Shown here in pieces: positions 42,228-50,770 of a stretch of DNA of 50,770 bases; positions within the stretch are counted from its first letter, which is position 1, and each line of letters begins with the position of its first letter. The DNA lies in contig RFSD01000001.1 in the NCBI GenBank assembly GCA_009924165.1, positions 1 through 50,770 on the forward strand. The letters run 5' to 3'. A program made the position numbers and the translations under genes. This DNA is from Chitinophagia bacterium (GTDB lineage: Bacteria > Bacteroidota > Bacteroidia > Chitinophagales > Chitinophagaceae). The notes under the pieces were generated by a model. It saw only the letters and a list, made by a program, of their open reading frames with translations. It ran no database searches and was not told the DNA's origin.

Positions 42228-43427
42228 TTATGCTACCACTTTTTGCAATACTGCAAGAAAAGCAGCGCCTTTTTCATGCACCTGCTCTTCTGTCCAAACT
42301 AAACTAATTGCGGTTGAAATACATTTACTCATCACCGCATCACTCTTGGAAAAATCGGTGCTTTGTAATGCAATCAATGCGCTTTGTTGCGCTTCTGATA
42401 AAGGATATAAACTGGTTGCATTTTTTAAATGATCCCATTTTCTGATATAGTGCCAGTTATTCCCATACCAATAAAAATTACCAGCAAGTATACCTGCTTC
42501 TTTAAATGCAGCAATGGCATTTTCGGTATGCTGTTGACTTGGCAAGAACCAAGTTAAGAAGCTATGACTATCCCCTGCTGGATCAGGCACTACTCTAAAT
42601 TGAATGCCTGGTACTTGCTCTAAATAAGAACGTAAAATATGGTTATTCCTTTTTTGAATCGCTAAAAAAGTATCTAATTTTTTGATTTGTGCTAAACCCA
42701 CTGCCGCATGCAATTCACTAATACGAAAGTTGTAGCCCAATGCAGGATGTAAATCTGCACCTCTGTCTACCCCTAAATGATCATGTCCATGGTCCGTGAA
42801 TGCATCGGACTTAATATACACTTCTTGATCGTTGGTCATCACTACCCCACCTTCTCCACATGTAATTGTTTTTACAAAATCAAAGGAGAATGTGCCAGCA
42901 TGTCCAATCGTTCCTAAGTGCTTTCCTTTGTATGTACCCCCGATACTTTGACAAGCATCTTCTAATAAAATTAAATTGTGTTCTTTACAAATGGCTACCA
43001 GTGCATCCATATCCGCCATACTTCCACACATATGTACAGGCATCACACATTTTGTTTTTGGTGTAATGGCCGCTTTCACTGCTGCTGGTGATAAAGTCAA
43101 ACTTTCGTCAATATCTACCAAAACAGGGATAGCACCCATACTTAAGATTGCTTCGAAACTTGCTACAAATGTAAACGCAGGCATAATCACTTCGTCTCCA
43201 GCACCAACTCCTAAGGCAGCCATTGCAGTTGTCAAGGCAGCTGTTCCACTAGAGGTAAGTTGTGCATATTCTGATCCAAAAGTCGAGCAAACTGCTGCTT
43301 CTAACGCTTTAGATTTCCAAATTCCTTTTCTTGGACCATCAAATCCGTAGCGCATTAAAATACCTGTCTCTAAGACTTCATTTACTTCTTTCTTTTCTTC
43401 TGCTCCAAATAATTCAAAACCGGGCAT
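42228..43427 (-). CDS. kdnA: DegT-family PLP aminotransferase, KdnA-like (Kdo8N transaminase)
   Basis: MPGFELFG N-terminus, VHMCGSMA, EDACQ, SFDFVKTITCGEGG, DHGHDH..DRGA, YWY.NNWHY recalled as matching Shewanella KdnA. Confidence 0.8.
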   Translation of the reverse strand: MPGFELFGAEEKKEVNEVLETGILMRYGFDGPRKGIWKSKALEAAVCSTFGSEYAQLTSSGTAALTTAMAALGVGAGDEVIMPAFTFVASFEAILSMGAIPVLVDIDESLTLSPAAVKAAITPKTKCVMPVHMCGSMADMDALVAICKEHNLILLEDACQSIGGTYKGKHLGTIGHAGTFSFDFVKTITCGEGGVVMTNDQEVYIKSDAFTDHGHDHLGVDRGADLHPALGYNFRISELHAAVGLAQIKKLDTFLAIQKRNNHILRSYLEQVPGIQFRVVPDPAGDSHSFLTWFLPSQQHTENAIAAFKEAGILAGNFYWYGNNWHYIRKWDHLKNATSLYPLSEAQQSALIALQSTDFSKSDAVMSKCISTAISLVWTEEQVHEKGAAFLAVLQKVVA

Positions 43428-43520
43428 ATGCTTGATTTTTAATGATAAACAAAGGTAGTTTAAAAAATGAAAATTGAGGGTTTTTCCGTATTTTGCGTTC
43501 CTAAAAAAAGACTAGAACCC

Positions 43521-43931
43521 ATGGAGTATAACAAATTGATTTCCGTTTCAGGCATGTCAGGTTTATTTGAATTATTAACGAGCAAAAGCGATGGCGCAAT
43601 TGCTAGATCCCTAGAGACAAATGCCACCCAATTTATCAGTTCTAGAGCCTACCAATTCTCACATTTAGAGAGTATTGAAGTGTTTACAACCAAAGAGAAT
43701 GTGTTTTTGGCAGAAGTGTTTATTGAGATGGGCAAGTCAAAAGAAGTATTACCTAATGAAAAAGATGCAAAAGCCACTCAAGCCTATTTTAAGAAAGTTT
43801 TCCCTAATATGGATTTTGAGCGTGTATATGCCAGCGATATGAAGAAAATGGTGAAGTGGTTTGCACAATTACAAGAACATAAAGTGACTCCAACCTTACC
43901 AGAATTGGATGAGGAGGATACAGAAGCATAA
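43521..43931 (+). CDS. Bacteroidota conserved protein (DUF5606-like)
   Basis: ISVSGMSGLFEL, L.SI..FT, P..D.ERVY.SD.KK..KW, acidic tail; ATG 43521 preferred. Confidence 0.8.
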   Translation: MEYNKLISVSGMSGLFELLTSKSDGAIARSLETNATQFISSRAYQFSHLESIEVFTTKENVFLAEVFIEMGKSKEVLPNEKDAKATQAYFKKVFPNMDFERVYASDMKKMVKWFAQLQEHKVTPTLPELDEEDTEA

Positions 43932-43940
43932 GACTCATTT

Positions 43941-43977
43941 AAAAAAAGGCTTACCAATTTTCGGTAAGCCTTTTTTT
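43941..43977 (+). terminator. Intrinsic terminator
   Basis: AAAAAAAGGCTTACC-N7-GGTAAGCCTTTTTTT. Confidence 0.88.
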
Positions 43978-44006
43978 ATGCTTAAATTGCCCTATATAAA
44001 TTCGAT

Positions 44007-45683
44007 ATGAAAAAAATAGTTTTAGGTACTTTATTATTCGTAGGATTGGCCACTAGCATTCAGGCTCAAAAAATGAGTGAAAAAAAGTGGGTTAGAAAAC
44101 AATTTTCTGCTTTGAACATGGACCAAAAGATTGGCCAGTTGATGGTCATCAGAGCACATAGCAATTGGTCACAAAATAAAATTGACTCAATTGCAAACTT
44201 AATTCAACAATATAATGTAGGTGGGCTTTGCTTTTTTCAAGGCGGTCCTGTTCGACAAGCATTACAAACTAATGCCTATCAAAGTATCGCTAAAACCCCT
44301 TTATTCATTGCTATTGACGCAGAATGGGGATTGGGCATGCGATTAGATAGTGTGGAGTCTTTCCCAAGACAACTTTCGTTGGGTGCATTTGCTTCAAGCA
44401 ATTTAGTATACCAAATGGGTGCGGCCATTGCAGCACAATTAAAAAGATTGGGGATACAAATTAATTATGGCCCAGTGATAGATATCAATAATAATCCATC
44501 GAATCCAGTCATCAATGATCGTAGTTTTGGTCAGAGTAAAGCGCAAGTGATTCAACAAGGTATTGCATATATGAAAGGCATGCAAGACAATGGTATCATG
44601 GCTACAGCAAAACATTTCCCAGGACATGGTGATGTAAATGTGGATTCACATTTTGATTTGCCTGTGATTAATAAGTCAAAAGCGGAATTAGATAGCCTAG
44701 AGCTTGTCCCATTCAAAGCATTGATCGATGCAGGTATCGAATCCATCATGGTAGCGCATTTGTCGGTTCCGGTAATTGATGATAGACCAAAATATGCCAC
44801 TTCAATCTCTCCAAACGCAGTGAATGGATTATTGAAAAAAGAGTTAGGTTTTAAAGGCATTAGTGTAACAGACGCGATGGATATGAAAGCGATTGCGAAT
44901 TACTTTCCACAAGGCGAAGCCAATGTTCAAGCCATTCTTGCAGGTAACGATATGTTATGTTTACCAGGAGATCTTGGACAGTCTATTCAAAAAATCAGAT
45001 CAGCTATTAAAGAAAGAAGACTTAAGCGTTCGGATATCAATGCAAGAGTTAAAAAAATCTTGACAGCAAAATACAAGCACGGATTATACCTACCACAACA
45101 AATTGATACCACCAATATTGTTGCAGACTTGAACCAATCTGTCGGTACCATCAATGCTGAAATGGCACAACAATCACTAACTTTTTTGAGAGCCACAAAT
45201 AGTCCAACATTAAATAATAAGACTGCCTATATTGCCTTTAATGCAAAATCAGCTAATGTATTTACTGCTACACTTTCAAATGCATATGGTGTAAAAGTTT
45301 TCTATACCAATGGTAAAGATGCGAATGAATTGGCAATGATCAATGATAGCTTAAAAGCATATGATCAAGTGCTTGTTGGTTTACATGGATATAGCAGAAG
45401 ACCTGCAAATCATTTTGAATTACCAGCAGCCACCTTACAATTCTTAAACGAAAAAGGGCATGAAAATTGGATTCATCTAATTTTTGGAAATCCTTATGCT
45501 GTTGGAGATTTTAATAAAATCAATAATATTTTATTGGCTTTTGAAGATACAAAATACAGTCATGCAGCTGTGCAAAAATGGCTTGAAGGCAAACTACAAG
45601 CAAGCGGTACTTTGCCAGTGACGATTAGTCCTGAATTGCAATTTGGAACGCTTTCTGAAGCCGTATTAAAAAAAAAATTCTAG
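44007..45683 (+). CDS. GH3 beta-N-acetylglucosaminidase (NagZ-type), exported
   Basis: Signal peptide, DAEWG, RSFG, KHFPGHGDVNVDSH (NagZ signature), TDAMDM, GNPY; ends ...LKKKF* across an A10 run. Confidence 0.92.
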   Translation: MKKIVLGTLLFVGLATSIQAQKMSEKKWVRKQFSALNMDQKIGQLMVIRAHSNWSQNKIDSIANLIQQYNVGGLCFFQGGPVRQALQTNAYQSIAKTPLFIAIDAEWGLGMRLDSVESFPRQLSLGAFASSNLVYQMGAAIAAQLKRLGIQINYGPVIDINNNPSNPVINDRSFGQSKAQVIQQGIAYMKGMQDNGIMATAKHFPGHGDVNVDSHFDLPVINKSKAELDSLELVPFKALIDAGIESIMVAHLSVPVIDDRPKYATSISPNAVNGLLKKELGFKGISVTDAMDMKAIANYFPQGEANVQAILAGNDMLCLPGDLGQSIQKIRSAIKERRLKRSDINARVKKILTAKYKHGLYLPQQIDTTNIVADLNQSVGTINAEMAQQSLTFLRATNSPTLNNKTAYIAFNAKSANVFTATLSNAYGVKVFYTNGKDANELAMINDSLKAYDQVLVGLHGYSRRPANHFELPAATLQFLNEKGHENWIHLIFGNPYAVGDFNKINNILLAFEDTKYSHAAVQKWLEGKLQASGTLPVTISPELQFGTLSEAVLKKKF

Positions 45684-46885
45684 TAGACCCGATTCTTCCA
45701 GCAACTATTGATCAGACCCAACTTGTAAAAATCGATTCCATTGTTGAAGATGCCATTTTCAAAGGTGCCATACCTGGTTGTCAAGTATTGGTAGCTAAAA
45801 ACAATCAAATTGTTTTTAATAAAAGCTATGGTACCATTGCAGGAGCTCAAAGTCCACAAGTGACCAATGCAACCTTATACGACCTTGCGTCTATGACAAA
45901 GACAAGTGCTACAACTGTTGCGATTATGAAATTGGTAGAGGAAGGTAAAGTAGACATTGAAAAAACAATTGGCGATTATTTACCTTGGGTAGTTGGAAAT
46001 TCAAAAGCAAAAATTCGTTTAAAGGATTTGTTGATACATGAAGCTGGATTATACCCTTACATTAAGTTTTACGAATCGCTTTTAAATCCAGACGGCAGCA
46101 TCAATTCAAAATGGATTGTACCTGTTCAAGACGCAGCGCATCAATTGATGGTTACACCAGGTAAATACCTTGCCAATCATTGGATGGATAGTATTCGTAT
46201 GAAAATTTTGAATAGCCCTGTGACTACCCCAGGTAAATACGTTTATAGTGATAACGATTTTATTTTTTTAGGCAATATTGTAGAACAAGTGACTGGAATG
46301 AATCTTCAGGATTATTGTACAAAAACTTTCTATGGTCCAATGCAAATGCGCAGTACTGGGTTTTTACCACTTGAAAGAGCAGATAAATCTAATATTGCAG
46401 CAACAGAATTAGATAATTATTTTAGAAATGAACTCATTCAAGGATCTGTTCATGACGAAGGCGCTTCCACAATGGGAGGCATCGCAGGACATGCTGGTTT
46501 ATTTAGCAATGCAACTGATATCGCAAAATTATATATGATGCTATTGAATGGTGGGCAATGGGATGGTCAAAGCTATTTAAAACCCTCCACCATCAATTTG
46601 TTTACAAGTTACCAATCTGCCACTAGCAGAAGAGGGCTTGGATTTGATAAAACTGCTAGAGACAATGCCAGTTCAAAAGATCCTTATCCTAGCTTAAGTG
46701 CTCCACCTAGCGTGTTTGGTCATACAGGTTTCACTGGAACATGTGTTTGGGCCGACCCAGACAATCAACTATTGTATGTTTTTCTTTCTAATAGGGTCTA
46801 TCCAACAAGAGACAATAAAGCATTTAGCACGCTCAACCTGAGAGCAAAAATTCAAGAACAAATTTATCAAGCGATAAAAAAATAA
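45677..46885 (+). CDS. Beta-lactamase-fold serine hydrolase (AmiE-like) domain in the -1 frame; probable C-terminal half of a GH3 fusion
   Basis: Frame is open from 45659: ILVDPILPATIDQTQLVKIDSIVEDAIFKGAIPGCQV-LVAK...; YDLASMTK (SxxK), YSD, GHAGLFS, GHTGFTG, LSNR; the called TTG 45788 lies inside the domain. Confidence 0.85.
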   Translation: MLVDPILPATIDQTQLVKIDSIVEDAIFKGAIPGCQVLVAKNNQIVFNKSYGTIAGAQSPQVTNATLYDLASMTKTSATTVAIMKLVEEGKVDIEKTIGDYLPWVVGNSKAKIRLKDLLIHEAGLYPYIKFYESLLNPDGSINSKWIVPVQDAAHQLMVTPGKYLANHWMDSIRMKILNSPVTTPGKYVYSDNDFIFLGNIVEQVTGMNLQDYCTKTFYGPMQMRSTGFLPLERADKSNIAATELDNYFRNELIQGSVHDEGASTMGGIAGHAGLFSNATDIAKLYMMLLNGGQWDGQSYLKPSTINLFTSYQSATSRRGLGFDKTARDNASSKDPYPSLSAPPSVFGHTGFTGTCVWADPDNQLLYVFLSNRVYPTRDNKAFSTLNLRAKIQEQIYQAIKK

Positions 46886-46886
46886 A

Positions 46887-49058
46887 ATGCAAAAATGGGT
46901 TTTCATATTGATTGCACTGGTTGTTACTATAAAACCTTTGAATGCACAATTGCAATTGGGACCAATTGGTTCATGGCGTGCGCATTTTTCCAATGAGTCA
47001 ATTCTACAAGTCATCAAAGGGGATCAGCTATATGTTGTTGCTGCAAATCAAATTATTCAAATTGATGCAAAAAAAGAAATCAACTACCTTAATACGACAA
47101 CTGGTTTACACGCCATAGGAATACATAAAATTGCATGGCACCCAATCGAAAATCAACTTATCATTGCTTATAAAAATAGTCGAGTTGATATTGTACAAAG
47201 GGATCAAGTCACCCTAATTGACGATATTCAAACGTCAAATTTATACGCCGATAAAAGCATTAACGACCTCATTGTATTCAATAATAAGGCCTACCTGTCC
47301 TGTAATTTTGGAATCGTTGTCATAGACTTATTAAAAAAAGAAATTAATGCAACCTACTTCCCAAATAACAATCGTCAAACTGTAAAAGTCCTGCAAACAA
47401 TCTTTCATCAAAATAAATTATTTGCACTAACAGAAAATGGGATCTGGTCCAATACCCTAGATCAAAATAGTATTTGGGTTCAAGAAAACACAATGAGCAT
47501 TACTGGGATAAAGAATATGTTTGTTTTTAAAAATCAACTCTATTTTAATACCCAACAAAAAATCTATCCATATCAAAATAGTGTGGCAAGTTTTCAAATC
47601 ACCTCGGGTGTAATAGAGACAATCACTGTAGATGAAGACCGAATTTTAGCAGGCATATCCTATCAGAACAATGGGGCATTGATTCAGCTAAATAGTAATC
47701 AAAACAATACAGTACTCATAGATTCAACAATACTAGTCAAGCCTGTAGGGTTACTAAAAGATGGCAATACCATTTGGGTAGCTGACTTTCATAAAGGGCT
47801 TTATGAAAAAAATGATCAATCAAAATGGGTTGCGCTAGGTGGACCTTTAAGTGCAGCTTATGGGAATAATGCTTTCTCAGACAACCAATTACTCATGAGC
47901 TATGGCGCTAATAAAATTGGACTATCTAGTTTAAATGAAACAGGTTGGTCTAATTTTTCACAACTTGAAAATATAAAAATCAATTATGTCGAAGCAGTAT
48001 CTATAGATCCTAAGGATCAAAGCTGGTGGATAGGTATGGGCAATCAGTTAATTCAGTATGATCGAAACAAAAAAACAATAGAACAGCCGATTCCGAATCC
48101 ACCCATTGGTACCATCAAATCCATTCAACAAAAATCAGATGGTACTATTGCGCTTTTGAAAGAAGGATTTGGCGTTATTTTAAAAGAAGGCAACCAATGG
48201 AACAATTATCCCCTACAAAAAGGTTTTAGCACCACGAATTTGAAAAAAATTGTACTTGGTAACAATGATTTGAGCTGGATCATTGGGCCAAAACAGCAAG
48301 GCATTGTATTGTTTCAAAAACAAAATAACCAAGGCATTTGGAGACAATTAAATACGGGTAAAGGATCGGGCAATTTGCCAAGCATGGAAGTTACAGCCAT
48401 TACAGAGGATAAGGATGGCAGCATTTGGGTTGGCACAGATAATGGAATTGCAATTTTTCAATGCACTAATATCAACGAAGCATGTGACGCTTATTTACCA
48501 ATTGTAGAGAGTAACGGATTCAATGGCTATCTTTTTAAAAATGAAACCATTCATTCTATTAGTATAGACGGTGCGAATAGAAAATGGATTGGTACGAATA
48601 ACGGTGCTTGGTTAATCAGTAAAGATGGTACTGAGGTTCTGCAGCATTTTACAACAGAAAATAGCCCACTTCCAGATAATACCGTTTTATCTATTGGCAT
48701 TGAGCCAAGCGGAGGAGATGTATTCTTCTTTACTAAAAACGAAATCATCAGCTATAAAGGTAATGCCACTGAACCCACAGTGACACAATCCGCAATTAAA
48801 ATTTATCCTAATCCTATTGTACCCAATTACAGTGGACCTATACTCATCAAAAATTTAGTGAACAATGCCTTAGTGAAAATTACAGATATCAATGGGCAAC
48901 TCATGATGCAAACTAGGGCGCTTGGAGGTCAAGCAACATGGAATGGTAGAGATCAGTATCAGCACAAAGTTGCTTCTGGTATTTATTTAGTCTTTGTGAG
49001 AGATGATATGGGCAACGAAAAAGCAGTAGGTAAAATAATGATTGCTGCAGGATATTAA
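46887..49058 (+). CDS. porZ: T9SS component PorZ-like beta-propeller protein
   Basis: PIGSWRAH, GNLPS, DKDGSIWVGT, IDGANRKWIGT, FTTENSPLP, C-terminal IYPNP...VKITDING...SGIYLV. Confidence 0.85.
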   Translation: MQKWVFILIALVVTIKPLNAQLQLGPIGSWRAHFSNESILQVIKGDQLYVVAANQIIQIDAKKEINYLNTTTGLHAIGIHKIAWHPIENQLIIAYKNSRVDIVQRDQVTLIDDIQTSNLYADKSINDLIVFNNKAYLSCNFGIVVIDLLKKEINATYFPNNNRQTVKVLQTIFHQNKLFALTENGIWSNTLDQNSIWVQENTMSITGIKNMFVFKNQLYFNTQQKIYPYQNSVASFQITSGVIETITVDEDRILAGISYQNNGALIQLNSNQNNTVLIDSTILVKPVGLLKDGNTIWVADFHKGLYEKNDQSKWVALGGPLSAAYGNNAFSDNQLLMSYGANKIGLSSLNETGWSNFSQLENIKINYVEAVSIDPKDQSWWIGMGNQLIQYDRNKKTIEQPIPNPPIGTIKSIQQKSDGTIALLKEGFGVILKEGNQWNNYPLQKGFSTTNLKKIVLGNNDLSWIIGPKQQGIVLFQKQNNQGIWRQLNTGKGSGNLPSMEVTAITEDKDGSIWVGTDNGIAIFQCTNINEACDAYLPIVESNGFNGYLFKNETIHSISIDGANRKWIGTNNGAWLISKDGTEVLQHFTTENSPLPDNTVLSIGIEPSGGDVFFFTKNEIISYKGNATEPTVTQSAIKIYPNPIVPNYSGPILIKNLVNNALVKITDINGQLMMQTRALGGQATWNGRDQYQHKVASGIYLVFVRDDMGNEKAVGKIMIAAGY

Positions 49059-49627
49059 TTAGCAGTTAATTCAAATTGTTTAAACATTTTAAACTTCCAA
49101 GAATCACGCTCACCTTGCACTACACGATACATCAACTGTCTGATCTTATTGGTTGGTTCTTTGATAGTTGTATCTGCAGGATATACTGGAAACTTTCTAA
49201 ATAAAACACCTTCTACTAACTTGTATTCATCTTTCCCTCTATAGCCCTTGCTCAATTCCATATCATTATAAATATCAGGGAATAAAATGGGTGCAATTCT
49301 TTCGTTGTCTTGAGAGCAAATTGGAAATATACTTTTTTTACCTGCAGCATCTTCAATAAAAATAATCAAGTCTGGAAATCCATCATTGTTTAAATCATCG
49401 ATTTCCGCTCCCAATACTCTAGCCTTCAATTCTATGGATGCTTCTCTAGATTCAGACTTGAACCCAATTGGTCTAATATTCAATACATTTTTATCTGGTG
49501 ATCTGTTTAAACAAGAAATTCTATAACCAGATTTACCAATTTTCATAGTGCTGTCATATTTAGCCCAAACTTGCCCAATCAATTGTCCAGAAAAAATAAT
49601 GCAGCAGAAAAATAAAATAGTACGCAT
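49055..49627 (-). CDS. Exported protein resembling Bacteroidota PliI-like lysozyme inhibitors
   Basis: Signal peptide; AEIDDLNNDGFPD, KGYRGKDEY, RKFPVY, PT.K.RQ..Y pattern recalled from PliI-annotated proteins. Confidence 0.55.
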   Translation of the reverse strand: MRTILFFCCIIFSGQLIGQVWAKYDSTMKIGKSGYRISCLNRSPDKNVLNIRPIGFKSESREASIELKARVLGAEIDDLNNDGFPDLIIFIEDAAGKKSIFPICSQDNERIAPILFPDIYNDMELSKGYRGKDEYKLVEGVLFRKFPVYPADTTIKEPTNKIRQLMYRVVQGERDSWKFKMFKQFELTAN

Positions 49628-49630
49628 ACT

Positions 49631-50020
49631 TTACAATTTATTTATAATAGCTGTAATGCTAATTTCAACATTCACATTTCTTGGCAATGTTTTTACAGCG
49701 ACTGTTTCACGCGCTGGAAAATCGGCATTAAAATAACTGCCATACACTTGATTTACTGCAGCAAACAAGTCCATACTACTTAAAAATATACTCGTCTTAA
49801 CAATATGCTCAAAATTGATATTCGCCTCGTCTAATATGGCTTTGATATTTTCCATCACCTGTGTTGTTTCGGCCTCGATAGACGACAAAACTAACTCGCC
49901 TGTAGCTGGATCAAATGCGATTTGACCACTAGCGAATAAGAAACCATTGGCAATCACGGCCTGACTATAAGGACCAATAGGTGCAGGTACTTTATTGCTT
50001 TGGATGATTTGTTTAGACAT
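49631..50020 (-). CDS. ridA: RidA/YjgF family reactive intermediate deaminase
   Basis: PAPIGPYSQA, SGQI, FPARETVAV..LP...VEI. Confidence 0.93.
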   Translation of the reverse strand: MSKQIIQSNKVPAPIGPYSQAVIANGFLFASGQIAFDPATGELVLSSIEAETTQVMENIKAILDEANINFEHIVKTSIFLSSMDLFAAVNQVYGSYFNADFPARETVAVKTLPRNVNVEISITAIINKL

Positions 50021-50093
50021 ATATTTTATTTAGAATTGCAATTTCTAATTTTTTGGGCAAATCCAACCTATTTTTGCACTATAAATTTATTAC

Positions 50094-50770
50094 TTGGCTA
50101 CATTTTTAATCATAGACACCGCTTTAGAAGAAGCCATTGTGGCATTGGGCAAGGATGGCAAGATCATCGGCGAATTGACCAATAAGGAGATGCATAGCCA
50201 TGCAAGCTTTATTCAAGTGGCTATTGATACTGTTTTAGAGCGTCAACAAATAGCAATAAGGGAATTAGATGCGATTGTAGTAACTCTAGGACCTGGAAGT
50301 TATACAGGTTTAAGAGTTGGGCTAGCCACTGCAAAAGGCATAGCCTATGCCTTACAAAAGCCACTAATTGGTTTGTCTACATTAGGCGCTTTAGCAGCTG
50401 CAGCAGTTCAACTTTCGCCAACAACAATCGAACTATCGACCCAAATTTTTGCAATGATAGACGCAAGAAGGATGGAAATTTTTGGCGCCGTCTATGATAC
50501 ATCCATTAACCTAATTGTACAAGAACAAGCCATGGTGCTGGATCAGACAAAATGGAATAGTTTAATCAAACAGCCCACTATTTGCATAGGGAATGGTCAT
50601 CTTAAAACAAAAGATTTTATAACCACACATGATGTGACTTATTTAGATGGCAGTTACTCAAGCCAAATGCTACTTGATTTGGCGATGGCAAAATGGAACG
50701 CAGGGCAATTTGAGGACTTGGCCTATGTGGGTCCCAATTACCTAAAAGAAGTGTACATCCTGCCTAAATA
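50094..50770 (+). CDS. tsaB: tRNA t6A biosynthesis protein TsaB; cut by the window end, probably at its stop codon
   Basis: Not in the ORF track. From TTG 50094: (M)ATFLIIDTA...GPGSYTGLRVGLATAKG...MIDARRME...FEDLAYVGPNYLKE; TATTTTTG upstream. Confidence 0.92.
   Translation, partial: MATFLIIDTALEEAIVALGKDGKIIGELTNKEMHSHASFIQVAIDTVLERQQIAIRELDAIVVTLGPGSYTGLRVGLATAKGIAYALQKPLIGLSTLGALAAAAVQLSPTTIELSTQIFAMIDARRMEIFGAVYDTSINLIVQEQAMVLDQTKWNSLIKQPTICIGNGHLKTKDFITTHDVTYLDGSYSSQMLLDLAMAKWNAGQFEDLAYVGPNYLKEVYILPK

Noticed and set aside
50000-50185. 61-aa ORF from the track
   Set aside because: Overlaps ridA and the real tsaB frame starting at 50094; no motif.

Overview
AT-rich, gene-dense core-genome segment. 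The gene set (porZ, gldA-like ABC ATPase, fused E1 alpha/beta, DUF5606-like protein) and the TAnnTTTG promoters indicate Bacteroidota, most likely Chitinophagaceae. About 44 coding regions cover housekeeping functions (thiolase, pyrD, galE, prfA, korA, nth, ftsB, eno, acs, purD, mreBCD-mrdA-rodA, alaS, rpoN, tsaB), transporters and envelope proteins. I saw no tRNA, rRNA, CRISPR array or mobile element. The strongest signal is a NagZ-type GH3 gene and a downstream beta-lactamase-fold serine hydrolase joined by a -1 frame change at an A10 run followed by tandem stops; this is either programmed slippage/frameshifting or a homopolymer error. Also notable: two apparent clean deletions (mreC 5' end, polysaccharide deacetylase core), a KdnA-like aminotransferase without kdnB, korA without korB, an acs / MFS / small-membrane-protein module, and several apparently leaderless genes. 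All family assignments come from motif recognition and recall, not database searches.
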